Shown: in pieces, positions 12,240-25,265 of the stretch | Numbering within the stretch: the stretch's first letter is position 1 | How the letters are laid out: every line of letters starts with the position of its first letter | Source: Octopus sinensis | Lineage: Eukaryota | Reading direction: 5' to 3' | DNA: 64,000 nucleotides | Assembly (NCBI RefSeq): GCF_006345805.1 | Contig: NC_042997.1 | Coordinates: 74,772,001 to 74,836,000, forward strand | Notes under the pieces: generated by a model | Seen by the model: the letters and a program-made list of their open reading frames with translations, nothing else | The model's database searches: none | Told to the model about the DNA's origin: nothing | Made by a program: the position numbers and the translations under genes

Positions 12240-13398
12240 CAATAGTACATTTGGGAAAATACCAGATTTCACTTTGTAAATAGTTGAGTTAAGTATCTGA
12301 CATTGCATGAAATGATATCTGAACTCAGTGAATTTTTGGAGATTTTTTTCCACATTTTTTTGGTGTTGTTTTTTTTCAACTTTGAAAATGGATAGGAGTT
12401 TTATGCTATCAAGCAGTGATTCTGAATTTAAAGGTTTTTCAATGGAAAATATGGAGATATCAAGAAAAAGAATGAATGAGGTACAAAAGGACGTGGTGTA
12501 CGAGAATGAATAGGATATTTCTGTATCTGAAACTGAAAGCAACGATTCTGAAGAAACTGAAAGCAGCGATAGTGACAGCAAAGAATGAAGTAAAAACTTT
12601 TTAAATGTTTTTATTAGAAATTTTTCTGAAGAGATGGGGTTTATCCATAGTCTTTCTTAGGAAGTGAAACCCTTAGACTTTTATTTTTTTCACTATGCTT
12701 GTTTGAAGTGATCACTGTGAAAACAAACTGTTACACAGAATGTAAACAAACAGTATATGCCAGGAAAGCCCATGAACTGAGGGATCAAAGTTTGAAAATT
12801 TGTGAAGCAAATACTGGGTACTGCTGTGGATTTAGTTTTTATACAGGGAAAATAATGTTAGTCAGCATGGCCTAGGGTATAATGTGGTCTGGAATTTATC
12901 ACAATTTATAACCAGGGTCAAATATTATTTTTTGACTGATTTTTTTAGTTGTCAAACTTGTGGTGGATTTAGATGGATTCCAGTATTTCAGTTTATTTCA
13001 CCTTTATGGTACACCTGTTCTGCTGTGCATTAAATTCAACTGATGATCTAGTGATGTGCACAATTCTTCTATATCAAAATTTTGTTGCATACCCAATTGA
13101 ATATTAACTGATGATTCATTTTCTATGGTGATGTTTAAACAAAATTTTAATATTTTTACCTTTTGTTCAGTTTACCTGGATTTACCTGTAATTAAAGTCA
13201 CTTTGAGAAAACAAAAGTTATGCAATAGAATTGATTAAGAACCCTTTCTTCAATTATGTTCCAAATATCACATTAATATGTTGATAAGTAAAAAAGTTAT
13301 AGTTGTTTAATGAAACTAGTTTAAATTCATGATTATTTTGGAATTTAATTGAAACTCATGAGGGGTGTATTTTGGTCAGAAATATGGTAACGAAAGGG
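12240..13398 (+). mobile_element. Degenerate piggyBac element
   Basis: KQYMPGKP..GIKV..ICEANTGYC..F.FYTGK..HGLGYNVV motifs, acidic N-terminus, and a 3' end GGTAACGAAAGGG|TTAA. The 5' TIR was not found. Confidence 0.8.
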
Positions 13399-13619
13399 TT
13401 AAACATGTATATAGATATTTATACACATCAACACCTACACATACAACACATACGCATATGTATATATACATACGCACACCCATATATACATGTATCTGTA
13501 TGTATTATCGCCCCTGCACATGCAGGTATATATAGATTGAGTAAATACACACACACACACGTACATACGTATACACGCATATACATACAAATACAATTAA
13601 GTGATTATGATATTCAAGT

Positions 13620-15240
13620 ATGAAAGAGGAATTAGATAGGGATTATGAGTTAAAATGTAGATTATTGGGATTACCTAAGGGGTATTATGAAAATATACTG
13701 TATGGTCATTTAGATTTGTGGTAGAATTTGAATGTGTGAAAAAACCAGTGGTTGCATGTACTTAGTGCTTCATTATGTTTATTTAGCAGTGTTGGAGAAT
13801 TGTGCTTTAATAATGTTTACAAGAGAAACTCTTTCATCTCTCGAATTTAAGATAGAACCATTCATTTTCATAATTATAAAAGACTCTTCAAGGCATAAAA
13901 GGCACGTTCTATTTCTAATCCTTTAAGAGGGGGCAGAAGAAACAATATTCCAAGAAATTGAGAAATTTATGTTGTCTCTTTTAAGTTGCCATACCTTTTT
14001 GGATAAACTAGTACTACATTCTTTCCGGGGATCATTAAAAGATGATTTATGATTATTCAAACGTAATTTAAGAGGGGTCTGTGTGCAACCTATATAATGA
14101 AACCTAGAGATCATGTGCTGTGATAGTAGCTTTATATACAACATTTTTCATTTTACAATTACCTTTAACCTCACAGGTGTTAGGGTTTCTAGTTACAATT
14201 GTTACTAGTATTAGGCGTACTATTGTTATGTGTATGTGTGTTGATAGAGGTAGAGTTTGTGTGAGTATGGGAATCGTTGGTAGAAGATACAGAGCTATTT
14301 GAATAATTGGGGTTAGTATTAGTAGTAGAGAGGGTTAAATTCTTGCAGTAAAGATTTAGTTTTCTATTGTTAAAGGAAGAAATAATCCTAAATAAGTTAG
14401 GAGAAACAGAAAAGCCAAATCAGATCATTCTGTTATTGAATATCCCAGCATACCTAGATTTACTAAAATTTCATTTAATAATAGAACAAATAGACTTTGA
14501 AAAATTAGACTTCAAATGTTTAGCAAAGAGAAATGTAATCCAAATGTTATTACTGTGTTTGTTATTGATATGGTGGTTTTTATTAGATAGGTCACCCGTT
14601 TGGAAGAAAGGTATAGGTATTTTTTTCCTCTTGTATTAACACCTTCACTAACAATGCTATTCTTCTTATTATTATTAATATTGTTATTATTATCTTTTTT
14701 AAACATACCCGTTAGCATTTCATTCTTATTTTTATGTTATAGTTTCCCGCACATATAGATGTGCTTACACATTGATATGTCTGTCTTTTTTCCCTTTCGT
14801 CTCTCTTACCATTATTATTAGTTACTTTTTCTCCTTTTAAAACTTGCTTTACCCCATTTGTATTCTCCCTTATTGTTTCTTAATTTAATTTACTTTATTT
14901 TATTAAACTTTACAAAAATTCTTCACACTGATGAAAATGACAATGCATAAATTTAATTATAATTACTATGGTTATAATTTTTTCTTACATATTTGTATTG
15001 TCCTTCGAAATGCACATATGTATTGAATCCTATTTTGTATTAAATCTAATTTTGATTCAACATCTTTTTCTCCTCCATTTTTCTATAATTGTTTATGGTA
15101 TTTTTATACCTTTAACGAGATTTTTCAACTATAATTTTTCTTTACTATATACTGAACCTTACAAAGGTCTTGACAATTATTTTGTCGTATTTACATACCG
15201 AAATTTACCGGTAAATAATTGTTGGTTACATGAAAAACCA
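13620..15240 (-). mobile_element. Penelope-like element fragment with GIY-YIG endonuclease (CxC-x5-C linker type)
   Basis: NC(*)RNPNTCEVKGNCKMKNVVYKA...HYIGCTQTPLKLRLNNHKSSF...STSLSKKVWQLK...CLLCLEES; same type as the element at 44.5-45.3 kb. Confidence 0.8.
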
Positions 15241-15429
15241 CAGGAAAATTATTTACCATTTTTATTGTATTACCATGTGGATTCCTCATTCCATTACGAT
15301 TACCCAGAAGGCACGCATGGCAGAATTTTGGAGGGAAAATTTACGTTCCCAGTCGTTACTTGGTTTTAACATCTGCGCACTTCCCCCACTATCTGATGTC
15401 GCTGGGTCAGAAGTGAGGGCTGGTGGCTT

Positions 15430-15693
15430 TTGATAAAGCTATCGAATATAGCACTGATGACGGAATTCAAACTCCCCTTTTTTTATATGTTTGTGATCCA
15501 GAAACACCGTGTTCGCTATTAACGGTAAGTGACTGAATTCGTATATTTGCCACTCCGGTTTTGTGTATGTGAGCCGCAAGGGCCTTCGTTTTTGGAATCT
15601 CCACTTATAGAAATGGAAAAAACGGTCTTTGACTGCCATTTCTAATTCCTTCGGTATGAGGCGAAACAGCTTGCTGCTAGCCAACTTATTTTT

Positions 15694-15756
<63 letters not shown>

Positions 15757-16740
15757 GCATGCATATATGTGTACATATTACATGTACATCTATATATATA
15801 TATACAACAACACATAAAATACAAAATACAGTTATATCTTGATATCACTAGTGATAACAATACTCAAAATATATAACAGACTGGAATTGTAGGCCCGTCT
15901 CCTGCAATTTCAATCAATTGTATCTTGTCCTCCCTCTTGTATAGAAGTGTGGCTACAATCCAGCCTACCTCTACTTCTGGGGGACATTTTTAATTTTTAT
16001 ACGGGACGTCCTACATCCCAGATATAAAGGGAAAAGTAAAATATTTCCACTTTGCAAGGTTCGAGTCGAGTACTCCCTTGCACGCTCCGTTGACTTGAAC
16101 CTTGCTTCTATTGTGGCGAATTTACCGCCTCTGGTTAGATACTTGGTATCTTTCATAGTCGCACCAAGATACTTTTTGATGGTGCTTTCCACCAGGTGTT
16201 CAAATCTATTTTTTCTCTACATTGTATACTTTATAAACAATAGTCTTTTCTTTAATTTTATTTTTTATTTCATTTGGTGGTGTTATCCTAGATTCACCGT
16301 CTTTGTCGGTGATCAATCTGAAATACGTTTGTATTTCTTCCATTTTAATTTTAATGAGTTCACGCCTGCCAACGGCTGCAGCGAAATTCATTTTTGGACT
16401 TTCTTCTATTGAAGACATTTTAACAAAAATGCTTCCATATAAACGGTGAAAATATTGTCGATTTCCTCAAACAGGGACTCAATTCAATTTTTAAACAATA
16501 ATAAAGCTCCTTCTCTCAAATGGGGAGGGTTATGGTTTACAATTATTTAGCAAATGCAACACAACAACGCTTCCCTTACGAAGAGCCAACAAACGTGATA
16601 ACAATAGTTAAACAGTAATAATAATAACGACAACCCTTACGGTGAATCAAAAAGCAGTACTCAGTTGAAGCTATAGTCCTTTATGGATCAGAAATAAGCC
16701 AACAGCAGTACTCAGTAGAAGCGTCTGTTTGAGAAAACAG
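15430..16740 (-). mobile_element. Unassigned broken coding region, possibly LINE ORF1 (gag-like) with 5' UTR
   Basis: Colinear protein-like fragments MNFAAAVGRREL..., ESTIKKYLGATMK...RIKIKNVP, ...RRPLRLTYTKPEW interrupted by frameshifts and a (TA)n insertion; no family recognised with certainty. Confidence 0.3.
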
Positions 16741-17079
16741 ACATTACATACAGCCAAACTTCATATAGATACTTAATGCTAGCTAATTAGCATATAATCT
16801 AATGTAAAAGCCGTGGTCAAGGGTATGTGCACAGCTCCATCTGTACTATTCCATTTCTGCACTTAAATTTTATTTTTTATTTATTCCCATTCATGTGAAA
16901 CCACTTATTCAAGTTCAAGTCATTGATGCAATTTTATACCAATTGCTATTTTTACTTTTGTTATGTTACGATTATATTATACTTTAGTTTGATTTTAATT
17001 ATTACTTACTACATATAATTCAATTGTTATTATTATCTCTAATTTTTATTGTTAAAGTGAAAGTATCTGACATAAAACA

Positions 17080-17308
17080 GAGAGATGTTTTTGTTTCACT
17101 TTTAACACGTGATACTGAAATAGTGGAGAAGATATGATATTACTATGGGCTCGCCCTAGGCAAGAAGTTGAACATTTTTTATGACCATGAAACTACATGG
17201 ACCCAAAGTAAGGTATGTGTAAAATTTGAATGAAATTGGTTGTGTAGTTCTCAAGTTTTAGGGAAACACACAGACAGACAGACACAGATTCTCAGTTTTA
17301 TATATAGA
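17080..17308 (-). mobile_element. Helitron-like non-autonomous element 5' part (family D)
   Basis: 5' TCTATATATAAAACTGAG followed by a (CTGT)n tract; second copy at 31336-31567. Confidence 0.5.
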
Positions 17309-17326
17309 GAGATATGTATGTATATA

Positions 17327-19865
17327 TCATCATCATTGTTCAATGTCCGTTTTCCGTGCTAGCACGGGTTGGACAGTTTGACCGGGGTCTGGGAAGCCAT
17401 AAGGCTGCACCAAGCTCCAGTCAGATCTGGCAGTGTTTCTACAGCTTGATGCCCTTCCTAACGCCAACCACTCCGTGAGTGTAGTGGGTGCTTTTTATGT
17501 GCCACCAGCACAGGTGCCAGGGGAGTCTGGCAGTGACCACGATCAGTTGGTGCTTTTTACGTGCCACCGGCACAGAAGCCAGTCAAGGTGGCGTTGGCAT
17601 CGACCACATTCGGATGGTGCTTTTTACGTGCCACCGGCACAAGTATGACAACTACTATTTCCATTTGATATTTATTTCAATGTTCATGTACTTGACTCAA
17701 TAGGTCTCCTCAAGCACAGCAGGTTTTTCTGAAATCCAAGGTACTTTGAATGGGCTGGAGCTATGCGAAACTGGTGCAGGAAGCAGCCCGGGTCTTTGCA
17801 GTCACAGCATATCTCCAGAGATCTCGGTCCTTCATCATTGCCTATGTGAGGCCCAACACTTTGAGGTCATCCCATGTCTTCCTGGGTCTACCTCTACTCC
17901 TGATACCTTCAACTGTTTGGGAGCGGCACTTCTTCACACATCTCTCCTCATCCATCCACAGTACATGACCATACCATCACAAGCGTCTCTCTTGCACACC
18001 ACATCTGATGCTTCTTATGTCCAGCATTTCTCTCAGGGTGCTTACACTCTGTCGTGCGTGCACACTGACGTTACACATCCAGTGGATCATGTTAGCTTCA
18101 TTTCTTTCAAGTCTATGCATGTCCTCCACAGTCACAGCCCATGTTTCACTACTGTGAAGCATGATGGTTCGCACACATGCATCATACAATCTACCTTTCA
18201 CTCTGAGCGAGAGACCCTTTGTCGCCAGTAGGGGTAGGCGCTTTCTAAACTTTGCCCAGGCTATTCGTATTCTAGTGGTAACACTCTCTGAGCATCCACC
18301 TCCACTACTAACTTGGTCACCTAGGTAGCTGAAACTATCAACTACTTCCAGTTTCTCCCCCTGGAGTGTGATGGAATCTGTGGTGTCTATTGCCCCTGTG
18401 CATCTGCCGCACATGAAAGCTATCTTATCAGTTAATTTCCCTTTGATGTTGCTGCGCCTCTTATGCGTCCATAGCTTACACTGGGTACATCTTATGGAGT
18501 TTCTACCTACACCTTTCCTACAGATCGAGTAGGGCCACCTGCCCAAGGGGGTGTGTGATGAATTCGCCTTTCTGCTTACTATAACTTTGGTCTTTGCTAC
18601 ATTTATTCTAAGGCTCTTTGATTCTAAAGCTTGCTTCCACACCCAAAATTCCTTTTCTAGTTCCGATAGTGATTCTGCTATGAGAGCCAGGTCATCAGCA
18701 TAGAGGAGCTCCCAGGGGCAACCTGTTTTGAATTCCTCTGTTATTTGCCTGGAGGACTATGATGAATAAAAGGGGACTGAGGGTTGAACCTTGGTGGACA
18801 CCTACTTCTACCCGAATTCTTCACTATACTCATTGCCAATCCTAACCTTGCTGACAGCCTCTCTGTATAGGGCCTGTACAGCCCTTATTAGCCATTCGTC
18901 AATCTCCAGTTTCTGCATCGACCACCAGATAAGGGATCGGGTGACCCTGTCAAAGGCTTTCTCCAAGTCCACAAAAGCTAAGTATAGGGGTTTATCTTTA
19001 GCTAGGTATTTCTCCTGCAGTTGTCGAACCAGGAATATGGCAACAGTGGTGCTTCTACCCGGCACAAAACCGAACTGCATCTCATCTAAGCAGACTCTCT
19101 CTCTAATGAGATGGGCTATGACCCTCTCTGTGACCTTCATCACCTGATCCAACAGTTTAATACCCCTGTAGTTATTTCTATCTAGAGCATCACCTTTACC
19201 CTTGTAGCAGTTGACTATGGTGCTGCTATGCCAGTCATTGGGTATGACTCCATTATGAACTACCTGGTTTACAATGTGAGTGACTAGGCCATAGCCCACA
19301 CAACCAGCTGTTTTAAGCATCTCAGCAGTGATTCCTGATGGGCCGGGGGCTTTTCCTGGTTTCATACCCTTAATTGCCTTAACTACTAGGGAGCTGTCTA
19401 TTCGGATAGCTGGTCTCTCTACTGGGTCAACATTTGGCAGGCTCTCCTCCTCCCATTCATTCTCCACATTCAGCAGTCTTTCATAATGGCTTCTCCAAGC
19501 CTTTTTCTTTTCAGAAACATTGAAAGCAAGTGCACCATCATCCATGCGAACGCATTTCTCTCCTGTAACATCACTATTTTCTCTCGCACACTGTCTAGCA
19601 ATCCGAAATACCTCAGTTCTTTGGTCCTCACATTGCCGGACATTGGTAAACTTCTTTTCTGCTTCGTCTTTGGCTATGTATACCTGCTGCCCAGCTTCCC
19701 TTTTGGCTACCTGGTACAGTTCCCTGCTACCCCCATCCCTCCAGGCTTTCCAGGCCTGTTTCTTTTCTCTAATGACTTTGTCTACTGTACTATTCCACCA
19801 CCACGTAACTCTAGGTCTGGAAGGGACTTTGCACCATCGACAGACTTGATCTCTGGCACTCAGCA
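17327..19865 (-). mobile_element. RTE LINE, 5'-truncated
   Basis: 352-aa and 221-aa ORFs: KAPGPSGI, NYRGIKLL, QFGFVPGRST, AFVDLEKAFDRV, ELLYADDL; 3' UTR repeat array and (GAT)n tail. Confidence 0.95.
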
Positions 19866-19866
19866 A

Positions 19867-19915
<49 letters not shown>

Positions 19916-19919
19916 CATA

Positions 19920-21760
19920 TGGAAAAAAGTCAAGGTAGAAAATGCTAAAATTATTTTGTAAAAAACATTTCAGTACTGGTTTCAGTCATTGAGACTTTTT
20001 CAACTGGTAAGTATGGAAAACAAATTTAGGAAAAAGTTTTGTAAAAGAATATTTAAAGTGTATTCAAATACAAGGGGCATTTTCCTTCTCTGTCTCTTTT
20101 GTTTACTCTTGTGGGTTCACAGTCATTGTGAATTCTTAGCAGAGAAGGAGGAGGAGGAGAATGCATGACTTTCATGATAGTAGTAGGATGTTAAATGGTC
20201 AAGTGACCTAAAAGTGGTTCATTGTGGATTATAGCAGTGAATGGAGCTGTTTTTTAACGAATTCTGGGGTATCTCTTGTATGTATCATTTTTAATATTTG
20301 CACGTGTTTGTGTTATTCTAAGGCCATTGTGGATATGTCATTTGTTGTAGATGTGTTCAAAAGAGGTCTGTATTTTGTAATAAAGAGAGTCTCTTTACTA
20401 ATTCATTGGCTATAGGTTGTATCGTTCCCGAATTGGTAGATGGAAAAAATTCTGAAGCTTGGATTTTTGTTACTGGTGCAAATGTCGATGTGTTGGCTGA
20501 ATGCTATTTTTCTGTTTTTGGAAATTTCGATCTGGGATCTGTGCAGAGCCATCCTTTGATGTAGACTGTTTTTTGTTTGGCTTATGTATTGCTCTCGATA
20601 CCTAGAGCAGGTTAGTGCATATATCAGGTTCTTTGAAGGACATGTGAAGCTGCTTTTCACTGTGAAACGTTGTCCCTGTTTGAAGGAGAACTCTGATCCC
20701 TCAATTAAATTGATACATATTCCACAGTTGGGTCTTTTGCATATTTTTACTGATGGCTTCTGTGTTGTTGCTGAGCATATTCGGGCTTGTGTTAGGAGAC
20801 TTTTCATAGATTTGGTTTCTCTCTTGCTTTTTATGATGGTGTGCATTTGGAGGATTAAGTTCATTCTCTGGCCCTTTTTAGCAGGGTATACTTTAGTTCA
20901 TGTAGTCCTGTGTCTCTGGTGCTTGCATTAGAAACTATAGTACATATCCTTTTTACTAGGTTGAAGGGGGATATTCAAGAGTTGAACAGTAGATATTGCT
21001 TGGAGTCTGTGGGCTTATAGTATATATCTGTTTCTATTACATTGTTAGATTTCTTAATGAGGATGTCAAGGAAGGGAAGTTGTTGATGGCTATATTCCAC
21101 CATGAATTGAATGTTTTCATCAAGTCCATTTATAAGTGCTTGGAATTCTTTAAGTCTCTATACTTTCATGCCAAAGAATGAAATAGTAATCCAGGTATCT
21201 CTTCCAGCTATTTTCTATGTAGAGGGAGAATGGGCTGCCATATTATTCTAGAACCTTACGATAAAGACTAGTTTCTAGATATCCCATGACTAGGTTAGCA
21301 AAGGAGTGGGGAGCCATTCTCGTACCCATCGCAGGCCCCGATTTTTGTCAATAGAAATCGTCTTTGAAGATGAAGTACTTATTCTCCAAGATGAATTTTA
21401 ACCCTTCTATCACGAATTCTTTTTTGATGCGATGTGGGAGTTTGTTGGCATAATTCTCTAGCCAGAATTGAATTGCCTCTATTCCTGGGCTGTGGGGAAT
21501 ATTGGAATAGAAGTTGACTACATCAAAAAATACTAGTAGAGTGTTTTTCTTTATTTTTCAGGAAGGTGAATGAGTATCCAGGTCATCCCTTATATAACTT
21601 TTGACATGATTGGGGAATGGTTTTAAGAGAGTATCTAAAAAATGACTGAGGCGGTGGGTTTAGCATGCAGGTCCTGCTATTATAGGTCTCAATTTGAGGT
21701 CATTAGGAGTAGGGACTTTGATTATATCTGATTATTGTGTCTGAAAGAACTCAAGAAAAT
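19920..21760 (-). mobile_element. Penelope-like element (RT remnants + C-terminal GIY-YIG), degenerate
   Basis: CKRPNCGIC...FTCPSKNLIYALTC...YISQTKNSLHQRMALHRSQI; RT remnants RPIIAGP and DVVNFYSNIPH. Confidence 0.85.
19971..20007 (-). ncRNA. Type-I hammerhead motif with U3:A8 core
   Basis: CAG-UUGAAAA-AGUC(UCAAU)GACU-GAAA-CCAG-UA-CUG, at the 3' end of the PLE; stem III ACCAGU is one transition from the palindrome ACCGGU. Confidence 0.6.
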
Positions 21761-21999
21761 CAACCCAAATCTCTTAATGTTTTTGAACAAATTTGACTCA
21801 ACATATGAACCCAATTGAGAGAACAATGAGGAAATTGATACGAAAGATACAACCTCTGAAATCGTTGGAAACCTTGGAAACTTATGCGAAACAATTACAA
21901 CATTTTTCTCTAACAATGTGAACCAAGGACCTCCAAACGAGACAGCATATGGGATCAATACTCTCACAACATACCAAATGAAACACCACATAGATGAAC

Positions 22000-22410
22000 C
22001 CCTAAATTTGGCTTTCGTGGACTTGGAAAAAGCCTTTAACAGGGTTCTCTGATCCCTTATCTGGTAGGCGATACAGAAGCTGGGGATTGACAAATGGTTA
22101 ATGAGGGCTGTACAAGCCCCATACAGAGATGCCGTTAGTAAGGTTAAGGTTGGCATTGAGAATAGTGAAGAATTCCGGGTAGAATTAGGGGTCCACCAAG
22201 GATCAGCCCTCAGCCCCCTCTTATTCATCACAGTCCTCCATGCAGTAACAGAGGAATTGAAGATGGGTTGCCCCTGGGAACTCCTCTATGCTGACAACCT
22301 GGCCCTCATAGCAGAATCACTACCAGAACTAGTGAAGAAATTCCAGGTATGGAAGCAAGGTTTGAAGTCAAAGGACCTTAGAGTCTATGTCACCAAGACC
22401 AAAGTTCTAA
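22000..22410 (+). mobile_element. RTE LINE RT fragment
   Basis: GVHQGSALSPLLF...ELLYADNLALIAES; ends in (TA)n. Confidence 0.9.
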
Positions 22411-22528
22411 TATATATATATATTATATATATATATATAATATATATACATACATACATATATATATACATACATATATATATATATATACATACATATA
22501 TATATATATAATACATACATATATATAT

Positions 22529-22610
<82 letters not shown>

Positions 22611-22620
22611 ACATACATAT

Positions 22621-22668
22621 AGTCCAACCCATGCTAGCATGGAAAGCGGACGCTAAACGATGATGATG

Positions 22669-22670
<2 letters not shown>
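22621..22670 (+). mobile_element. RTE 3'-terminal fragment
   Basis: CCAACCCATGCTAGCATGGAAAGCGGACG...(GAT)n, identical to the 3' end of the long RTE copies; another tiny copy lies at 31127-31177 (-). Confidence 0.8.
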
Positions 22671-22710
<40 letters not shown>

Positions 22711-22810
22711 ATACATACATATATAGTTAATCCAAACATGAAAACACAAAGAAAAAACACAACAACGCGAGGATGTGGAACAAGTATAGGAAAGTAAAAA
22801 GAAAGGAGGA

Positions 22811-22843
22811 TTTAACGTTTCTAGCAGAGCTCTTCGTCAGAAA
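22811..22843 (-). ncRNA. Minimal type-I hammerhead motif in a PLE pseudo-LTR
   Basis: UUU-CUGACGA-A-GAGC(UCU)GCUA-GAAACGUU-AAA; ACGU palindromic stem III; mismatch at the stem II base pair. Confidence 0.65.
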
Positions 22844-22989
22844 CATGGGAAAAGGAAAGATCGAAGGAAGAGAAGACGGAGGAGAAAAATCGCCAACGTT
22901 ACACACACGGTCACATTTTGAATGACCGGAAGGGAATGGGTGAAGAAAAAGTTCTTTCAAAGGCAGGAGAGTACAAGAGAAGGAGATAT

Positions 22990-23885
22990 GTGTGTGTGTG
23001 TGTGTGTAATGATAGCACGTGTGTCTGTATGTGTGTGTGTGTGTGTGTGTATGTGGTTGTGGCTGTTAATCTATGTGTGTGGTTGGGCTTAGTATCGTTT
23101 AAGGCCAAGGAAGAATGTAGTAGGAGCGGCTCTTGTGTCTACCTACCCATGTGCGTAGTAGAATGGTCAGTGGAAGGTACTGGTAGTTTGAAGTATGTGT
23201 GTGTGCATGTATGTATATGTATTGCGTGTATGTGTTTTGTTTACAGCGTGTGTATATATATGTATATGTATGTATGTGTTCGTGTGTGTACGTGTAGAGG
23301 TTGTGTGTGGGGTGAATAACTATGCTTTACTTTGTGTATGTGTGCGTGTGTGCTTGTGCGTGTATGTATGAGTGTGTGCTGTGTGTATGGGAGGTATATG
23401 TGGTTTATTTGCATGTGTGTGTGTGTGTGTGTATGTGCGTGCGTGTCGTATGTGTGTGTGTGCATGTGCATATGTGCATGCATGTGTATATGTGTGTGTG
23501 AATGTGGAGATGTGTGTCAGGTTGTGTGCGTGTGTGTGAACATGGAGATGTGTGTCAGGTTGTGTGCATTTTGTTGTGTGTACGTGTGTGTGCTTGAGTA
23601 TGTGCATGTATGTGGTTGTGTGTACGTTTATATGTGTGTGTGTCTAAAGGTATGTGTGTCTGTGTGTGCATGGGGTTGTGTGGGATAGGTTTCTGTGCAT
23701 TCTTGTGCATGTGTATGTGTGCGTGTGTTTGTGTACGTGTGTGTGTGTGCGCATAGGTGTATGTGTGTGTGTGTATGTGTATGTATGTGTGTATATGTGC
23801 ATGTATGTATGTTGTATGTGTATTGTGTGTGGGAGGTATATGTGCATTTGTGGATACGTAAGTATGTTTGTGTATGTGTTCGTGT
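22990..23885. repeat. Compound (GT)n/(GTAT)n low-complexity tract
   Basis: Direct inspection; source of the spurious CV/HT-rich ORFs. Confidence 0.95.
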
Positions 23886-23889
23886 ATAA

Positions 23890-25265
23890 AAACAATAAAT
23901 TATAAACAATAAAAAACAAAAAATTATAAAAACAATGAAATATAAGGAAGTTAATCTAATATAAAAGACGCAATTACAAGAAATGAAAAAGGAATAAAGT
24001 TGCTTGTTGCAGGAGGTGTAGAGGCAGTCACTAAGAGGAGGGGGTTGTGTTAAGCCCATGCGGGATATCAGTCTGTAAATTGAAGATATAGCGCTGTTCC
24101 AAGTGAAGCCTGGATTGTGGCGATCCATTGTGTAGAGCAAGGCCAAAGACAGAGATGTTAGACGAGGAATGGTTGGCCAAGCAGAAGTGACGGGCGACGG
24201 GAGTGTTGGAACGTAGCCGAACATCCCTTAGATGTTCAGTGAACTGGTCGTCCAGTCGGCGGCCCATCTGACCTACATAAAGCATCCCACAGAGGTTACA
24301 TTTAATGCAGTAGATGAGGCTAGAAGAAGTGCAAGTGAAGGAATGTCTAATAAACACAGCTTGTTGATTAGAACCAGTGATAGAAGTGGTGTTGGTGATG
24401 AAGGGGCAGGTGTTGCAGTGGAATCTGGGGCACAGGAAGGATCAATGTGTGGCTGAGGGGGAAAAAGAGAAGGTGCTACGGACCAAGAGATCGCATAGGT
24501 TCCGGGCTTGTTTGAAGGAGGACAAGGGTGAGTCGGGGAAAATGGGGTGGGTGGTGGGATCAAGCTGGAGATGACGGAAGGTCCGTAGTATCCTCCAACA
24601 AGGGGTAGAGTGGAGGGGTGGAAAAGGAGGGGAAAGGGGGTGCAGTTAGAGGGTTGGTGAGAGGAAGGAGAAAGGGCAGTGGTGTGGTCGATTTGACGAG
24701 AGCGAGCAAGGGCGTTCTGGACCAGGATTGGGGGGTATCCTCAATACCTGAACAGGCAGGCCAGGTACTGTGACTGGGTCTCAAAATCCTGGTCACGGCT
24801 GCACAAGCGTCGGAAGCAGAGGAACTGGGAGTAGGGGATGGCCCGTTTGGTGTGGAAGGGATGGGATGAGGAGTAGTTGAGGTAGAGGTGGGAATCCGTG
24901 GGTTTGAAGAAGGCGGAGGTGGTGAGAGAGTGGGAGGGGTGGTCAATGGTAAGAGAGATGTCGAGGAAGTTAACAGAGGTATCAGATATAGTAGAAGTGA
25001 ATTGGAGAGAAGGGTGGAAGTTAGAGAGGAAAGAGATGAAGTGGCAGAGTTGTTTGCAGGAAAGGGAGATGGCACCTATACAGTCATCTATGTAGTGACC
25101 GTATAGCTCTGGGGTTGGCCCGGAGAATTCTTGGGCCTCAATGTGGCCAACAAAGAGGCTGGCGAAATTGGGGCCCGTTATCATTCCCATCGCAACCCCA
25201 GACATCTGTTGGTAGGTTTCCCCGGCGAATGTAAAGCAGTTGAGGGTGACACAGAAGCTCATGAA
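23890..25265 (-). mobile_element. Neptune-type Penelope-like element, 5'-truncated
   Basis: YQQMSGVAMG...YIDDCI...FFKPTDSHLYLNYSSSHP; FTCTSSSLIYCIKCNLCGMLYVGQMGRRLDDQFTEHLRDV (GIY-YIG). Confidence 0.9.

Noticed and set aside
15160-15225. GAAA followed by the 14-nt palindrome AUUUACCGGUAAAU and A
   Set aside because: Looks like an HHR 3' half, but the CUGANGA core is replaced by an inverted-repeat junction.
15454-15480. CUGAUGA followed by a short hairpin
   Set aside because: No GAAA or stem III follows.
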